The translations under genes and the position numbers were made by a program. From Escherichia phage CJ19: a DNA stretch of 49,567 nt. The notes beneath the pieces were generated by a model, which saw nothing but the letters and a program-made list of their open reading frames with translations, did no database searches and was not told the DNA's origin. Location: the sequence record MT176427.1; one strand, 5' to 3'. Below are positions 28,436-37,358 of this stretch, piece after piece (the stretch's first letter is position 1; the number at the start of each line of letters is the position of its first letter).

Positions 28436-29713
28436 TTATTCCTCGTTGTTCACCTGCGGGTTAGTTGGTTCGATTTCTTCAAGCTCCGGCGCTGGGCCTT
28501 GGATCTTGATAAAGTCTGCGATTGCCTCAAGTGTATCACGCGCTTCGTCACGGTCAATAACCTGCTCAGCCAACAGCTTTGAAAGCGATTCAACGTTATT
28601 CTTCAACGTCTCGGATTGCTCTTTCTCGCTTGGCATTGATAGCGGCTCAAAGCGGATTGACCATTCCTCCTCCTGAATAAGCATAGGAAGCAACCACTCC
28701 AGAAAATGTCTGTAATACTCGTTACGCTTGCGGTCAATCATCTTATAGAAAGTCTCAAGCGCTGTATTCTGACTCGCTGACACGCCGCCTACGTTCTTAT
28801 TCTTGAGGATAATCTCATGAATGCCAGAGTAGTTCACGATGCGGTCCATTTTCTTATCCAAGAAAGCATCAACGCCGCCAATGTCAGAGTTAAGAACGTC
28901 GTATTCTTCGTCGGTGGCATCAATGCCAATAGTCCTTCCTACGCCGCTGTTATCATCAACCTGCGCAAGTCGAAGCCGTGCTGCGTAACGACCTTCGTCA
29001 TCGTCGCACAAATCCGCCAACCCTTTAGCTTTCCATACGCCCTGCTGCTTACGGCGCAATAGCTGTGTGGCAAGTTCTTCGCAGTAGTTGTAGTCCAAAA
29101 TGGCATCAATCAATCCCTTGCTCAACACCGATGCGCCCCATTCGTTATTTTGCGCACGAATTGAGTTAGGCAATCGCTCGCCGCCGTTAACATAGATTCG
29201 CGTGTAGTGGACGTCGTATTCCGGTATGCTGCCGCCAGGGTTAATGGTGTAAATCTTCGGCATACCATAGCGAGGATTACGTGCGTTCTTCTCGCGGTCC
29301 TTGATGCGGATCTGCTCTTTCTCGTAGACGCGGATTGATTCAAGCTGCGCACCTTCCTTGATTGGTGATGTCAGGAGTCGGTTGTCACGGACGACGGCAA
29401 CGATAGCGGAACCACCATAAAGCCTCTCCCATGAGAACGCCTCGACAATCTGCTTGTTCAGCTTCATGCCATCCCACAAAGATTTGAACGCCTTCTCATC
29501 CTTCACCCCGTCCAGGCCGAACCCAGGGAAAACCATTTCCTCTGGAATAACATCGACAATTTTCTTAGCCATAGGATCATCAATGTAAAACTGCGTCACA
29601 TACATCTGATCGTATAGCGATGCAAGCGCGCCGCCTGCCGTACCTTCACCCTTAAACGTCTTGTTGTAAGAGTCGGTCTTAACGCTTTTTTTACTCATCT
29701 GTTTTTCTCCCAA
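28436..29713 (-). CDS. portal protein
   Basis: 425-aa ORF following terminase large subunit (after an inserted HNH gene). Confidence 0.65.
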   Translation of the reverse strand: MGEKQMSKKSVKTDSYNKTFKGEGTAGGALASLYDQMYVTQFYIDDPMAKKIVDVIPEEMVFPGFGLDGVKDEKAFKSLWDGMKLNKQIVEAFSWERLYGGSAIVAVVRDNRLLTSPIKEGAQLESIRVYEKEQIRIKDREKNARNPRYGMPKIYTINPGGSIPEYDVHYTRIYVNGGERLPNSIRAQNNEWGASVLSKGLIDAILDYNYCEELATQLLRRKQQGVWKAKGLADLCDDDEGRYAARLRLAQVDDNSGVGRTIGIDATDEEYDVLNSDIGGVDAFLDKKMDRIVNYSGIHEIILKNKNVGGVSASQNTALETFYKMIDRKRNEYYRHFLEWLLPMLIQEEEWSIRFEPLSMPSEKEQSETLKNNVESLSKLLAEQVIDRDEARDTLEAIADFIKIQGPAPELEEIEPTNPQVNNEE

Positions 29714-29749
29714 TAAAAAAGGCTANGTTGTTAGCCTAGCCATTATACA

Positions 29750-30274
29750 TTATTTGACTTCCGACTTACCATGATTTTCATGATAGCCCAAAGCGAACTC
29801 CGCAGACTTCCTTGCGCAAACTGCATCGAACCAATCATAGTAGTATCCCAATGACTTCCTCTCTCCTTTCCCTGAGTTACCTATGAAAGCCCACCACTTG
29901 GATCTTGAATCATACCAGTAAACACCTACACACCCGCTTTTATTCCTTACTGACTTCTTTGTGTTTCTACCGTTATCCTTATGGGTAACAACCCTTAAAT
30001 TCTCCCTCCTATTGTCGTTCCTTATGTGATTTTTGTGATCTATCTGCATCCCATCAGGGATATCTCCATTATCGAATTCCCATGCGAATCTGTGAGCAAG
30101 AAGCGATACGCCACCTATCGTTATCCTCACATAACCATCAGCATCAAGTGTTCCCGCTATGTCACCAGGGTAGAATTTACTCTTTTTAATCTTGATCATC
30201 CACCTAACATAAACTCCATCATACGTTAGATAATTCTTGGCTATGTCATAAATATCGCTTCTTGCATTCTGCAT
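29750..30274 (-). CDS. HNH homing endonuclease with AP2-like domain (paralog of 27184-27666)
   Basis: HNH core (IDHKNHIRNDNRRENLRVV...KDN) plus AP2-like segment (SGCVGVYW...WWAFI...SLGYY); wedged between terL and portal. Confidence 0.7.
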   Translation of the reverse strand: MQNARSDIYDIAKNYLTYDGVYVRWMIKIKKSKFYPGDIAGTLDADGYVRITIGGVSLLAHRFAWEFDNGDIPDGMQIDHKNHIRNDNRRENLRVVTHKDNGRNTKKSVRNKSGCVGVYWYDSRSKWWAFIGNSGKGERKSLGYYYDWFDAVCARKSAEFALGYHENHGKSEVK

Positions 30275-31863
30275 TACATCCCCCTACTTAATCCGGCTAA
30301 ACGTTTCATTCTAGACACTGGATCATCCAGCATGTTCATCTCAAAGTTTACAGCATCAAATACGTTATCGCAAATGTCATCATGAGGAGATGAATCATCA
30401 AACGTAAATGACACCAATTCAATCTCCATGTCAGAAAGCATCTCATGAGATTCAGGGAATACACAACGCCCCGCCTTCATGATTGGTGCTGCGTCCATTG
30501 CGCGAGTTACCTTATCCGTATTTCGCTGAACTGGCGTAATGTCAATCGGTAGTTTCTTGTTGATTGACTGGATCAGGCCAGTGCCGCTCGCCTTGTCTTC
30601 AATGTAAACCTTGCGCAGTGAAGTCTTGTTCTCCTTCGCCCACTTGAAGCAGTTGCTGTAAAAATTAAGAGCCATCTTTTCAAGTTCCGGCGCTTCCCAC
30701 TTACCGCGAATGCCGTCTATGAAATATACTCGATCCTTATACTTGCCCCACAAAACAAATACGCTGTAGTCGTGTATTTCCTCTGCTTTCTGCGCTGTAT
30801 CCGCAGTGGTGAACAGGTATTCGAAGCGATCCGGTTTTGGCATATTGGCTTTTTCGCCGTCTCCGTAATACTGGAACCAGTCCGACTTAAACGCGTTACC
30901 GCCAAGCGCGATGGGCTTCTGCTGATACTGAGACTCAAAGGTGTAAAGGTCAGCCTCTCGTAGAGCTAGTAAACTTTGAGCACTTTCCTTTGCTGGCCAG
31001 AATGAATAGTGCTTAATACCATCAATCTCAACAGGCTCGGACGATAAAACATCTCGGTCAAACTCTTCTTTCAACCAGTCAGGAAGCGTGTCTCTGTATT
31101 CCTCGGTTACCAGCGCCGGAATGATTACCTGCTCAAACTTCATGCCACCCATGCCGCCATTCATCAGGAACCATGTGGCATCATTCACATGGAGTCGCTG
31201 CTGCACAACAACGCACGGCGTCTTGTCGTTCATCCTTCGAGATCGAACGGTATTCTTTAATAGCGTGTGACCAGCCTTCCTTTTTACTGCTGAGTATAAA
31301 TCTTTCGGTTTCTCAGGGTCATCAAGCGTCAACATGCCAGTGAATCCATCGTCCATATACCCGCCACGCTTACCAGTTACCTGACCACCTATGGCTCGAG
31401 ATGTTAACGTCAGCCACGCCTTGTCATTACTGTTTAGCGCTGTAATGTCTCCTCCTGAAGCCTTTGCCATCTTACAAGGCCATAATTCCTGGAACTCATC
31501 AGATCCCAATATCTCGCGCGTCCTAATCCCGTTATCCTTAACCAAACTGTCAGAGAATGAAAGGTTTAGATTTCTTATCTTGCCACTGTGAAACATTCCG
31601 TAAACTGGCATGTGTATAGAAAATATCTCAGTTTTACCGGAACCTGGAGTGATATTGAATATGATGTTCTGTATCTCACCCTTAATGATCTGCTCAACCT
31701 TCCAGCAAAGGTAAGTGAAGTGCCAGTTAGATCTAAACTTCTGAGCCTGTATCAGCGCGAACCATATGCGCATAAAGTCACTAAACGACCTTTCGCTCAT
31801 CACCTTTATTACCGCCTTTTCCTTTGGTGTCAGATCTTCCCAAATCAATATCTTGTTAGACAT
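30274..31863 (-). CDS. terminase large subunit
   Basis: 529-aa ORF with Walker A-like PGSGKT and acidic nuclease-like C-terminal half; first large gene of structural block. Confidence 0.8.
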   Translation of the reverse strand: MSNKILIWEDLTPKEKAVIKVMSERSFSDFMRIWFALIQAQKFRSNWHFTYLCWKVEQIIKGEIQNIIFNITPGSGKTEIFSIHMPVYGMFHSGKIRNLNLSFSDSLVKDNGIRTREILGSDEFQELWPCKMAKASGGDITALNSNDKAWLTLTSRAIGGQVTGKRGGYMDDGFTGMLTLDDPEKPKDLYSAVKRKAGHTLLKNTVRSRRMNDKTPCVVVQQRLHVNDATWFLMNGGMGGMKFEQVIIPALVTEEYRDTLPDWLKEEFDRDVLSSEPVEIDGIKHYSFWPAKESAQSLLALREADLYTFESQYQQKPIALGGNAFKSDWFQYYGDGEKANMPKPDRFEYLFTTADTAQKAEEIHDYSVFVLWGKYKDRVYFIDGIRGKWEAPELEKMALNFYSNCFKWAKENKTSLRKVYIEDKASGTGLIQSINKKLPIDITPVQRNTDKVTRAMDAAPIMKAGRCVFPESHEMLSDMEIELVSFTFDDSSPHDDICDNVFDAVNFEMNMLDDPVSRMKRLAGLSRGM

Positions 31864-31865
31864 AG

Positions 31866-31897
31866 CAAAAACCCCTAAACATTAATTGTTAGGGGTT
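31866..31897 (-). terminator. hairpin between terS and terL
   Basis: On minus strand hairpin AACCCCTAACA-ATTAA-TGTTTAGGGGTT followed by TTTTT then terL ATG. Confidence 0.4.
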
Positions 31898-31922
31898 ATT
31901 TTATCCACATAGTCAGATTTTA

Positions 31923-32441
31923 TCAAATCTTATCCAGTACGCTTTTCACGGCATCCTCTATGGTTTGCGTGTCATTCACAACATTACTCACATTGACTTC
32001 TGCCGCCTTGTCGATGCCAATGTCTTTGCCTACAAATCCGGCATTGATGAGGTTGGACGCGGCAAGCTGATATTTCTGTTCGATGATTACTGAGTCTATG
32101 AACTCCATTACCTCAGAGAATCCAGGTGACGCGCGCCAGCTTTGGATCGCACCGGAGGTAACGCCGCAATAAAGCTGGAAACCGTTGAGCGTGAACACTC
32201 GCGGCTTGTGCACTAGGTTCTCAGTGACAACACCATGGAAGCTCGCCGTTTCGATTGCCTTAATTGCCTGGTCCTCGGCCCATGAGAAATATTTAACCGC
32301 AAGGTTGAATACAGTCTCAGGCGTCATTGGGTGACGATGGTTCAGGTTGGCAATGTCGCCATACTTTTTATTGTATAGCTCTTTGAAGTTACCGATTCTA
32401 ACCTTCTCGTTCGCGTGACTGGTGAAATTTTCGTCTTTCAT
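31923..32441 (-). CDS. terminase small subunit (putative)
   Basis: 172-aa ORF immediately upstream of terL, preceded by terminator and extended -10 promoter. Confidence 0.5.
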   Translation of the reverse strand: MKDENFTSHANEKVRIGNFKELYNKKYGDIANLNHRHPMTPETVFNLAVKYFSWAEDQAIKAIETASFHGVVTENLVHKPRVFTLNGFQLYCGVTSGAIQSWRASPGFSEVMEFIDSVIIEQKYQLAASNLINAGFVGKDIGIDKAAEVNVSNVVNDTQTIEDAVKSVLDKI

Positions 32442-32470
32442 AGTTGTTTCCCCTTGTTGAATAGGAATGA

Positions 32471-32479
32471 ATTATACCA
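32471..32479 (-). promoter_or_regulatory. extended -10 element TGGTATAAT upstream of terS (candidate late promoter)
   Basis: Immediately downstream of terminator 32492-32515 and about 30 nt before the terS ATG. Confidence 0.35.
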
Positions 32480-32491
32480 GATTGCAGGCAT

Positions 32492-32515
32492 AAAAAAAGC
32501 ACCCCGAAGGATGCT
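32492..32515 (-). terminator. intrinsic terminator ending the small-gene early operon
   Basis: On minus strand hairpin AGCATCC-TTCG-GGGTGCT followed by TTTTTTT. Confidence 0.6.
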
Positions 32516-32523
32516 TAAATGAA

Positions 32524-32745
32524 TCAGTCAACGTATTTGATGGCCCCAGGCTTCCGCCCCGATCGAATATCGTTAATCTCGTTAAACACTGAGATGAACT
32601 TACCGGATACTCGCCACTGCTTTTTCTTCTCATCGTATCGCGCTTGTGCGAATTGTCCGCGCTTGATTATCTTAGCTACCCAGGCGCAAGATAACGAAAT
32701 GATCAGGACGGAAGCGAAAATAAAACCATAAATAAACGTCAGCAT
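32524..32745 (-). CDS. small membrane protein (73 aa)
   Basis: Single N-terminal transmembrane helix; last gene of early operon before terminator 32492-32515. Confidence 0.35.
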   Translation of the reverse strand: MLTFIYGFIFASVLIISLSCAWVAKIIKRGQFAQARYDEKKKQWRVSGKFISVFNEINDIRSGRKPGAIKYVD

Positions 32746-32936
32746 GAAATACCCCTTACATAATTAACTAAAAATTTATGAGTCGTTGTATCGACTCCGC
32801 TCATTTCCTTCACCTTTGAAACGGCTTCTTCGGCGCTACTGGCCTCAACCTTTGCTTCAAAGTTTTGCTTACAATATGCGCATGCGCGCCCCATTAGCAA
32901 AATAGTTAGCTTGACCTCAAACATATCAAACCTCAT
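32739..32936 (-). CDS. hypothetical protein (65 aa)
   Basis: ORF preceded by long leader from sigma70-like promoter 33086-33114. Confidence 0.3.
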   Translation of the reverse strand: MRFDMFEVKLTILLMGRACAYCKQNFEAKVEASSAEEAVSKVKEMSGVDTTTHKFLVNYVRGISC

Positions 32937-33085
32937 TGTTAGGTCCGGTTACGGAGTCCGGCGGGCTTTCACAATGCCCCGATTTTTTTTGCGACTTACA
33001 CTTTGCTTTTGGCGATGCGCTATTTCAATTTGCGGCTTACGAACCGCTCGTTGCCACTTGGTGGCCTAGTCTGTTTACGAGATTA

Positions 33086-33114
33086 AAGATACCAGTCAGT
33101 GAGATGTCTGTCAA
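33086..33114 (-). promoter_or_regulatory. sigma70-like promoter TTGACA-N17-TATCTT
   Basis: Consensus -35 at 33109-33114, 17-bp spacer, -10 at 33086-33091; followed by ~140-nt untranslated leader. Confidence 0.4.
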
Positions 33115-33305
33115 TCAACTTTTTTAAAAGTTCCATACGTCGGGCAAACAGGGTAGTCGATCGCTACCTTGTTCCCCTCGTCACTGTAGACGTAAACGAA
33201 TCCCTGGGAATCAACTTTTTCCACTGTGTACTCGCAGCCAGTAAAGAACTCATAACCGCGCGCGCCGATGCACTTGATCACGTCACCTTTCTTGATCTTA
33301 CTCAT
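33111..33305 (-). CDS. hypothetical protein
   Basis: ORF-track frame 33111-33377; start moved to internal Met (MSKIKKG) overlapping upstream stop. Confidence 0.3.
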   Translation of the reverse strand: MSKIKKGDVIKCIGARGYEFFTGCEYTVEKVDSQGFVYVYSDEGNKVAIDYPVCPTYGTFKKVD

Positions 33306-33537
33306 AGATACTTTCTCCGTTTTCACGTTTGCCAACCAGACCCTTAAGATAACCAGCAATCCACACAAATTTGTCACGCGATATAATGGTCGCTACTGCC
33401 TCATGGTGCTTGGTAATAATTGAGGCAACCAGCTTATCATCTTTGCGATCTTTCTTGCTTAGGGTGGCATACGCTGCGTTTAATTGCTTGGCCTTGGCCT
33501 TTACTGCGTTCATCTGCGGATCGGTTAATCCAAACAT
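33298..33537 (-). CDS. hypothetical basic protein (79 aa)
   Basis: ORF in early operon; no motif recognised. Confidence 0.35.
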   Translation of the reverse strand: MFGLTDPQMNAVKAKAKQLNAAYATLSKKDRKDDKLVASIITKHHEAVATIISRDKFVWIAGYLKGLVGKRENGESIYE

Positions 33538-33863
33538 TATTCGTAAACCTCATCAATGATTTCGCTGATCTTGTTCATTGTGTCAACCTTGGCGCAATCC
33601 CATTCCGGTGAGCCTGGTTCTTCCCATGGTCCGCCAGGGTCGTGACATGTCATGTTGTCGATAAGTTCTGACACCTCACTTTCCAGAACGTTACGCATGT
33701 GCTCAACCTGCCAGCATTCAACCGAGTCCTCCGATTCGCGGTAAGCCTTGAACTCACCGCCGAGAACTTTCTGTGCCGCTTCGGCTGATTCCTTCGTTTC
33801 GTGAACGGTCCGGTGAATCTCTTTACCGAACTTGCCGACCCCGTATGTGTTAATGTAAATCAT
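33537..33863 (-). CDS. hypothetical acidic protein (108 aa)
   Basis: ORF in early operon with 1-bp overlap to downstream gene. Confidence 0.35.
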   Translation of the reverse strand: MIYINTYGVGKFGKEIHRTVHETKESAEAAQKVLGGEFKAYRESEDSVECWQVEHMRNVLESEVSELIDNMTCHDPGGPWEEPGSPEWDCAKVDTMNKISEIIDEVYE

Positions 33864-34072
33864 TTCTCGATCACCTTATATTCATTTTCGCTAATGCTGA
33901 TTTCGTTGCCAACATGCACGAACTCTGTTTCACGGATAGCTTGGATTGAAAGGTCGCCGTCCTTGTATTTACCTGACACTTCGATTACGTCGCCGACTTT
34001 AAATCCGCAATCTTCCAGGGTAAGGGCGTCGTCATCTGTCACATAGTTAACGTCGATAATTTCAATTTTCAT
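33860..34072 (-). CDS. hypothetical acidic protein (70 aa)
   Basis: First ORF after promoter cassette 34103-34148 with leader CCATCGAAACGAACGAGGAAG. Confidence 0.4.
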   Translation of the reverse strand: MKIEIIDVNYVTDDDALTLEDCGFKVGDVIEVSGKYKDGDLSIQAIRETEFVHVGNEISISENEYKVIEK

Positions 34073-34102
34073 TTCTGCTTCCTCGTTCGTTTCGATGGGG
34101 TA

Positions 34103-34148
34103 ACTATACAGCTACCCCGATTATGAGTTTTAACAAAAAGTGCTATCG
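34103..34148 (-). promoter_or_regulatory. early promoter cassette (ATAGCAC box + TATAGT)
   Basis: Box 34128-34148; -10 at 34103-34108 in hairpin loop; 22-bp spacer. Confidence 0.5.
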
Positions 34149-34541
34149 CTGGTGATTTCGTGCGTTCTTTTTCATTGCCGCGAAGGCGATAAAGCAGAAC
34201 ATCCCAGGCTCAGTAAATCGAAGCTTACCGTACTGGCGGCACATGCGGCGAAATTTACGCTTGTCGTTTAACACGTTAGTTACACGTTTTTCAGTCACTA
34301 CTAAGCGGCGCGGACCTTTTACAAGCACGAAAGTGACGGCTGGGCCACTTGCGAGATTCAGGTTGTACTTGCTTCCTTTCTGGACGGCGTACCATGAAAG
34401 ACCGTTATAACCATCAATGACATCAGCCACGTTCAGGTGACGGTTAGGTCGGCGCTTGGCCTCGTATACTTGACCAACCTGAAAGTAATCATTAAACAGC
34501 ATCGCTAACCCTGGATGTATTTTAACACAACGTAATTTCAT
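34143..34541 (-). CDS. hypothetical basic protein (132 aa)
   Basis: ORF in early operon; Arg/Lys-rich; no motif recognised. Confidence 0.4.
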   Translation of the reverse strand: MKLRCVKIHPGLAMLFNDYFQVGQVYEAKRRPNRHLNVADVIDGYNGLSWYAVQKGSKYNLNLASGPAVTFVLVKGPRRLVVTEKRVTNVLNDKRKFRRMCRQYGKLRFTEPGMFCFIAFAAMKKNARNHQR

Positions 34542-34543
34542 GG

Positions 34544-34702
34544 TTATTCCCCTTCGTTTTCGTCAAATTGTTGATTGTTGATCTGAGTGCGAACCTCTTT
34601 AACCATCTCTGAGAACTCATCGGCTGAGCACTGCATAGTCTGAGTCGCCAGTAGTTGCTTAAGGATTACGGCTTGCTTATCTGACAGGTTGATAGTAATC
34701 AT
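34544..34702 (-). CDS. small hypothetical protein (52 aa)
   Basis: Manually translated ORF (MITINLSDKQAVILKQLL...) with RBS GAGAGGGAAG, directly after promoter cassette 34732-34776; below ORF-track size cutoff. Confidence 0.3.
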   Translation of the reverse strand: MITINLSDKQAVILKQLLATQTMQCSADEFSEMVKEVRTQINNQQFDENEGE

Positions 34703-34731
34703 TTTGCTTCCCTCTCGTTTGGTGTGAAATA

Positions 34732-34776
34732 ACTATAACAAAACCCGCCGGAGCGGGTTTAGCAATTAGTGCTATT
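34732..34776 (-). promoter_or_regulatory. early promoter cassette (ATAGCAC box + TGTTATAGT)
   Basis: Box 34757-34776; hairpin AACCCGC/GCGGGTT in spacer; 22-bp spacer. Confidence 0.5.
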
Positions 34777-35408
34777 TACCAGGGTAATCCATCTTCCCAC
34801 TCGTAAACATCAACCTCTGTAACTGGTGAGCTAATACCGCAAGCCTCAGCCACTGCCATTACACCGCCTTCAATATCACCATTGACCAGATGCACATCAT
34901 GCTCGTTATATTTCTTGTAATCAGGAAAATGCGATTCCTTGATGCGAATGTAATCACGGCTATCGCCAGCGAAAGTCTTGCCATCCATGAACAGGCGGAC
35001 CAGGGTAACATCGTGACCATCTTCAACGAGTCGGATCACTTCGTCGGGGAAGCCGCCATCAGTGCAAACAAAGCAGAAGCCTTCATCACACAGCTGGATA
35101 TGTTCGCTCATCAATTTGCCGAACTGCTGATTGCCAAAAAGCGGCTTGACCACTGTTTCGCTAATCCAGATCATGAACTCACGGCAGGTCTTGCCACCGA
35201 GAAATTTCTGAGGCTGCTCTTTCTGATCGCGGTAGTCGTATGCGGTGATGAACTTTGAGAAAGCTCTGGCACCAAGGATGGATGCCGCAATCTCAAACAT
35301 CGGACGCTTGAAGCTGGTAGGGATGCAGTTGTAATCCGCTGCGAGCGCGTTGCCGATCGTGTCTTTACCAACCGAAGCTGGACCGTTGAGAATGATAATC
35401 TTTGACAT
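34776..35408 (-). CDS. P-loop nucleotide/polynucleotide kinase-like protein
   Basis: N-terminal P-loop GPASVGKDT resembling NMP-kinase Walker A; 210 aa. Confidence 0.5.
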   Translation of the reverse strand: MSKIIILNGPASVGKDTIGNALAADYNCIPTSFKRPMFEIAASILGARAFSKFITAYDYRDQKEQPQKFLGGKTCREFMIWISETVVKPLFGNQQFGKLMSEHIQLCDEGFCFVCTDGGFPDEVIRLVEDGHDVTLVRLFMDGKTFAGDSRDYIRIKESHFPDYKKYNEHDVHLVNGDIEGGVMAVAEACGISSPVTEVDVYEWEDGLPW

Positions 35409-35451
35409 TTTGATATTCCTGAGTAGTGGGCGCGATGTGCGCCCGTTATGG

Positions 35452-35997
35452 TTAGTTTGCTTTCTTGTCTACGCCGTGAGACTTAAGGCCGGAGTGCACG
35501 TTGTCGCCATAGTCACACACCTGATAGGTAGTGATGCCGAGGCTTCGGAAGTGCGCGATAACGCTAGGACTATCATCAAAGGCCGCAGTGATGCGGTGCA
35601 ATCCAATGTAGCGTAAAAATTCTTCCTTTATGATCGTGTCCTTGCGGTTATCATCAGCCTGGCGCATGACCAGAACGTTGTAATTAGCACCAGCATCATG
35701 CAGCCACTGCGTTGATTCCTCGACCACTGCGTCAGATCGACCAGTGAGAACGATAATGAAAGCACCGGAAGCGAACAGGCTATTCATTACGTCAATCGTT
35801 TCCTGGAATGGCTGATCGAACTTGCTCAATGAGTTAAATTCAAGCCATGACTCAGTGAGGTGCAAGTCATTTGTCGGTAGCTTGTGAAGGCGGTGCGAAC
35901 CGTCCGACAGAGTACCATCGAAATCAAATATGTAAACTTTCTTGTTTACTGCTTCCGTTTGAAGGTGATGCTTAATCATTGTGTAAAGCTGGTTCAT
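35452..35997 (-). CDS. HAD-superfamily phosphatase (putative 3-prime phosphatase)
   Basis: HAD motif I DFDGTL near N-terminus, further motifs VLTGRSD and FDDSPS; promoter cassette 36030-36075. Confidence 0.55.
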   Translation of the reverse strand: MNQLYTMIKHHLQTEAVNKKVYIFDFDGTLSDGSHRLHKLPTNDLHLTESWLEFNSLSKFDQPFQETIDVMNSLFASGAFIIVLTGRSDAVVEESTQWLHDAGANYNVLVMRQADDNRKDTIIKEEFLRYIGLHRITAAFDDSPSVIAHFRSLGITTYQVCDYGDNVHSGLKSHGVDKKAN

Positions 35998-36029
35998 TTT
36001 TAACTTCCTTTCGTGTGGTTGATGTGGGG

Positions 36030-36075
36030 ATTATACCAGTCAGGATGAATCCCCCTTTAACAAAACGTGCTATTT
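36030..36075 (-). promoter_or_regulatory. early promoter cassette (ATAGCAC box + TGGTATAAT)
   Basis: Box 36056-36075; 22-bp spacer; leader CATCAACCACACGAAAGGAAG before phosphatase ATG. Confidence 0.5.
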
Positions 36076-36876
36076 GATATAGAACTGAGCCACTACGCCA
36101 CCATCAGGATTTACTATTGCGTATGCGTCACCGAGCGTTGCATTGGCATTCATAACCTTACCAATTCTCTTTGCTTTCCATCGGTAATCGCCTTTTAAAT
36201 CAGAGATGAATGCATCTTGTGCGATATGGATAAGGCGAGGCTCGCAACCTGGCTCGCACTCATCAACTTCATAATCGTACTGGCAACCATTGATAAACGC
36301 ATTGCCGTTAACATGGTAGCAAACTGCCACCTTGCGATCGCGTGCAGATTCGCATTCACCCACCGCCCATACGTTACGATTGACATAACCGTAACCGCCG
36401 CTGCGTGGTTCCATTTTCGCGGTTGACATGGTAAGCGCCTTGCCTTCACCGAAATTGCTACCGAAAGTGAACTTGCCGTTCTTCGTCAATTCATCTGCGA
36501 CGCTGTAGGTGTCATTCTTGACGGTCTTACCTGGGCCAGTCGCAAGCTCATTCACGAACGCATCGACAGTGCTGTGACACGGATCGCCATTGTACTTAGG
36601 CAAATCCTTGAGTAATTGTTCACAGGCTTCGTGCACCAGCTTACCTACAGCTTCTTTGATTGCCTGCTCAACATGGTCAGCGATAATCGAATATGCAGAA
36701 ATTTGATGTTTTTGAGTCGATTCTAACGCCTTTAAACGCGCCTGTAACGACTCAATTTCTTGCTTATGCATATCGTAGGATACCCACCGACCATCGTCGC
36801 AGGCTTGCATTCTGACGCCGTGAATGTTAACGCTGGTTGCTACTGCTACAGGATTAAAACGGTTGATGCTGTTCAT
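36070..36876 (-). CDS. hypothetical Cys-rich protein (268 aa)
   Basis: ORF with C-terminal Cys cluster (CQYDYEVDECEPGCEP); promoter cassette 36918-36963. Confidence 0.4.
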   Translation of the reverse strand: MNSINRFNPVAVATSVNIHGVRMQACDDGRWVSYDMHKQEIESLQARLKALESTQKHQISAYSIIADHVEQAIKEAVGKLVHEACEQLLKDLPKYNGDPCHSTVDAFVNELATGPGKTVKNDTYSVADELTKNGKFTFGSNFGEGKALTMSTAKMEPRSGGYGYVNRNVWAVGECESARDRKVAVCYHVNGNAFINGCQYDYEVDECEPGCEPRLIHIAQDAFISDLKGDYRWKAKRIGKVMNANATLGDAYAIVNPDGGVVAQFYIK

Positions 36877-36917
36877 GTGTGATTCCTCAGTTGATTTGTG
36901 TTCACTTGACAGGAGAC

Positions 36918-36963
36918 ACTATATCTAATGTCTCCGAGCAAGTTTTAACAAAAAGTGCTATTC
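36918..36963 (-). promoter_or_regulatory. early promoter cassette (ATAGCAC box + TATAGT)
   Basis: Box 36943-36963; hairpin GGAGACA/TGTCTCC with -10 in loop. Confidence 0.5.
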
Positions 36964-37176
36964 AATGACTCCGGCGCTAATTGCCGTCTCAAGTGTGACG
37001 TACTGCTTAGCCGTCAGCGATGAGTTATAGGTAAAGATGCCAGCCTGGATGCCCTTTACCAACTGATCCTGCGTGATGCCTGAGATGTTAATAATCCCGT
37101 ATCCGCCACCAGTACGCAGGACGACACCTCCGACCGCGCAAAATTCAATGCCTTTACTGTTAGTGTAGACTTGCAT
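36958..37176 (-). CDS. hypothetical Gly-rich protein (72 aa)
   Basis: ORF in early operon. Confidence 0.3.
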   Translation of the reverse strand: MQVYTNSKGIEFCAVGGVVLRTGGGYGIINISGITQDQLVKGIQAGIFTYNSSLTAKQYVTLETAISAGVIE

Positions 37177-37178
37177 GA

Positions 37179-37358
37179 TTATTGCTCCTTCAACTTTTTG
37201 TAGGCGCCTTTAACCACTCCTAACGCAATGGCAATGGGCCAGATAGCGGCAACGATCACCATGTCGTACCAGTTGTTATCACTATTGCTAACGTCTTTTG
37301 CAATTGCGTAAACAGGAAGTGCGCCCAGGATGTAAAGCACGATGCATAAAATAATCAT
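37179..37358 (-). CDS. small membrane protein
   Basis: Two hydrophobic helices; start moved to internal Met (MIILCIV) overlapping upstream stop. Confidence 0.3.
   Translation of the reverse strand: MIILCIVLYILGALPVYAIAKDVSNSDNNWYDMVIVAAIWPIAIALGVVKGAYKKLKEQ

Noticed and set aside
32990-33045. Possible tRNA-like T-arm (GCGG-TTCGTAAG-CCGC) in the untranslated segment
   Set aside because: No acceptor stem, D-arm or anticodon arm could be built around it, and the loop deviates from the conserved T-loop at the A58 position; treated as a leader hairpin.
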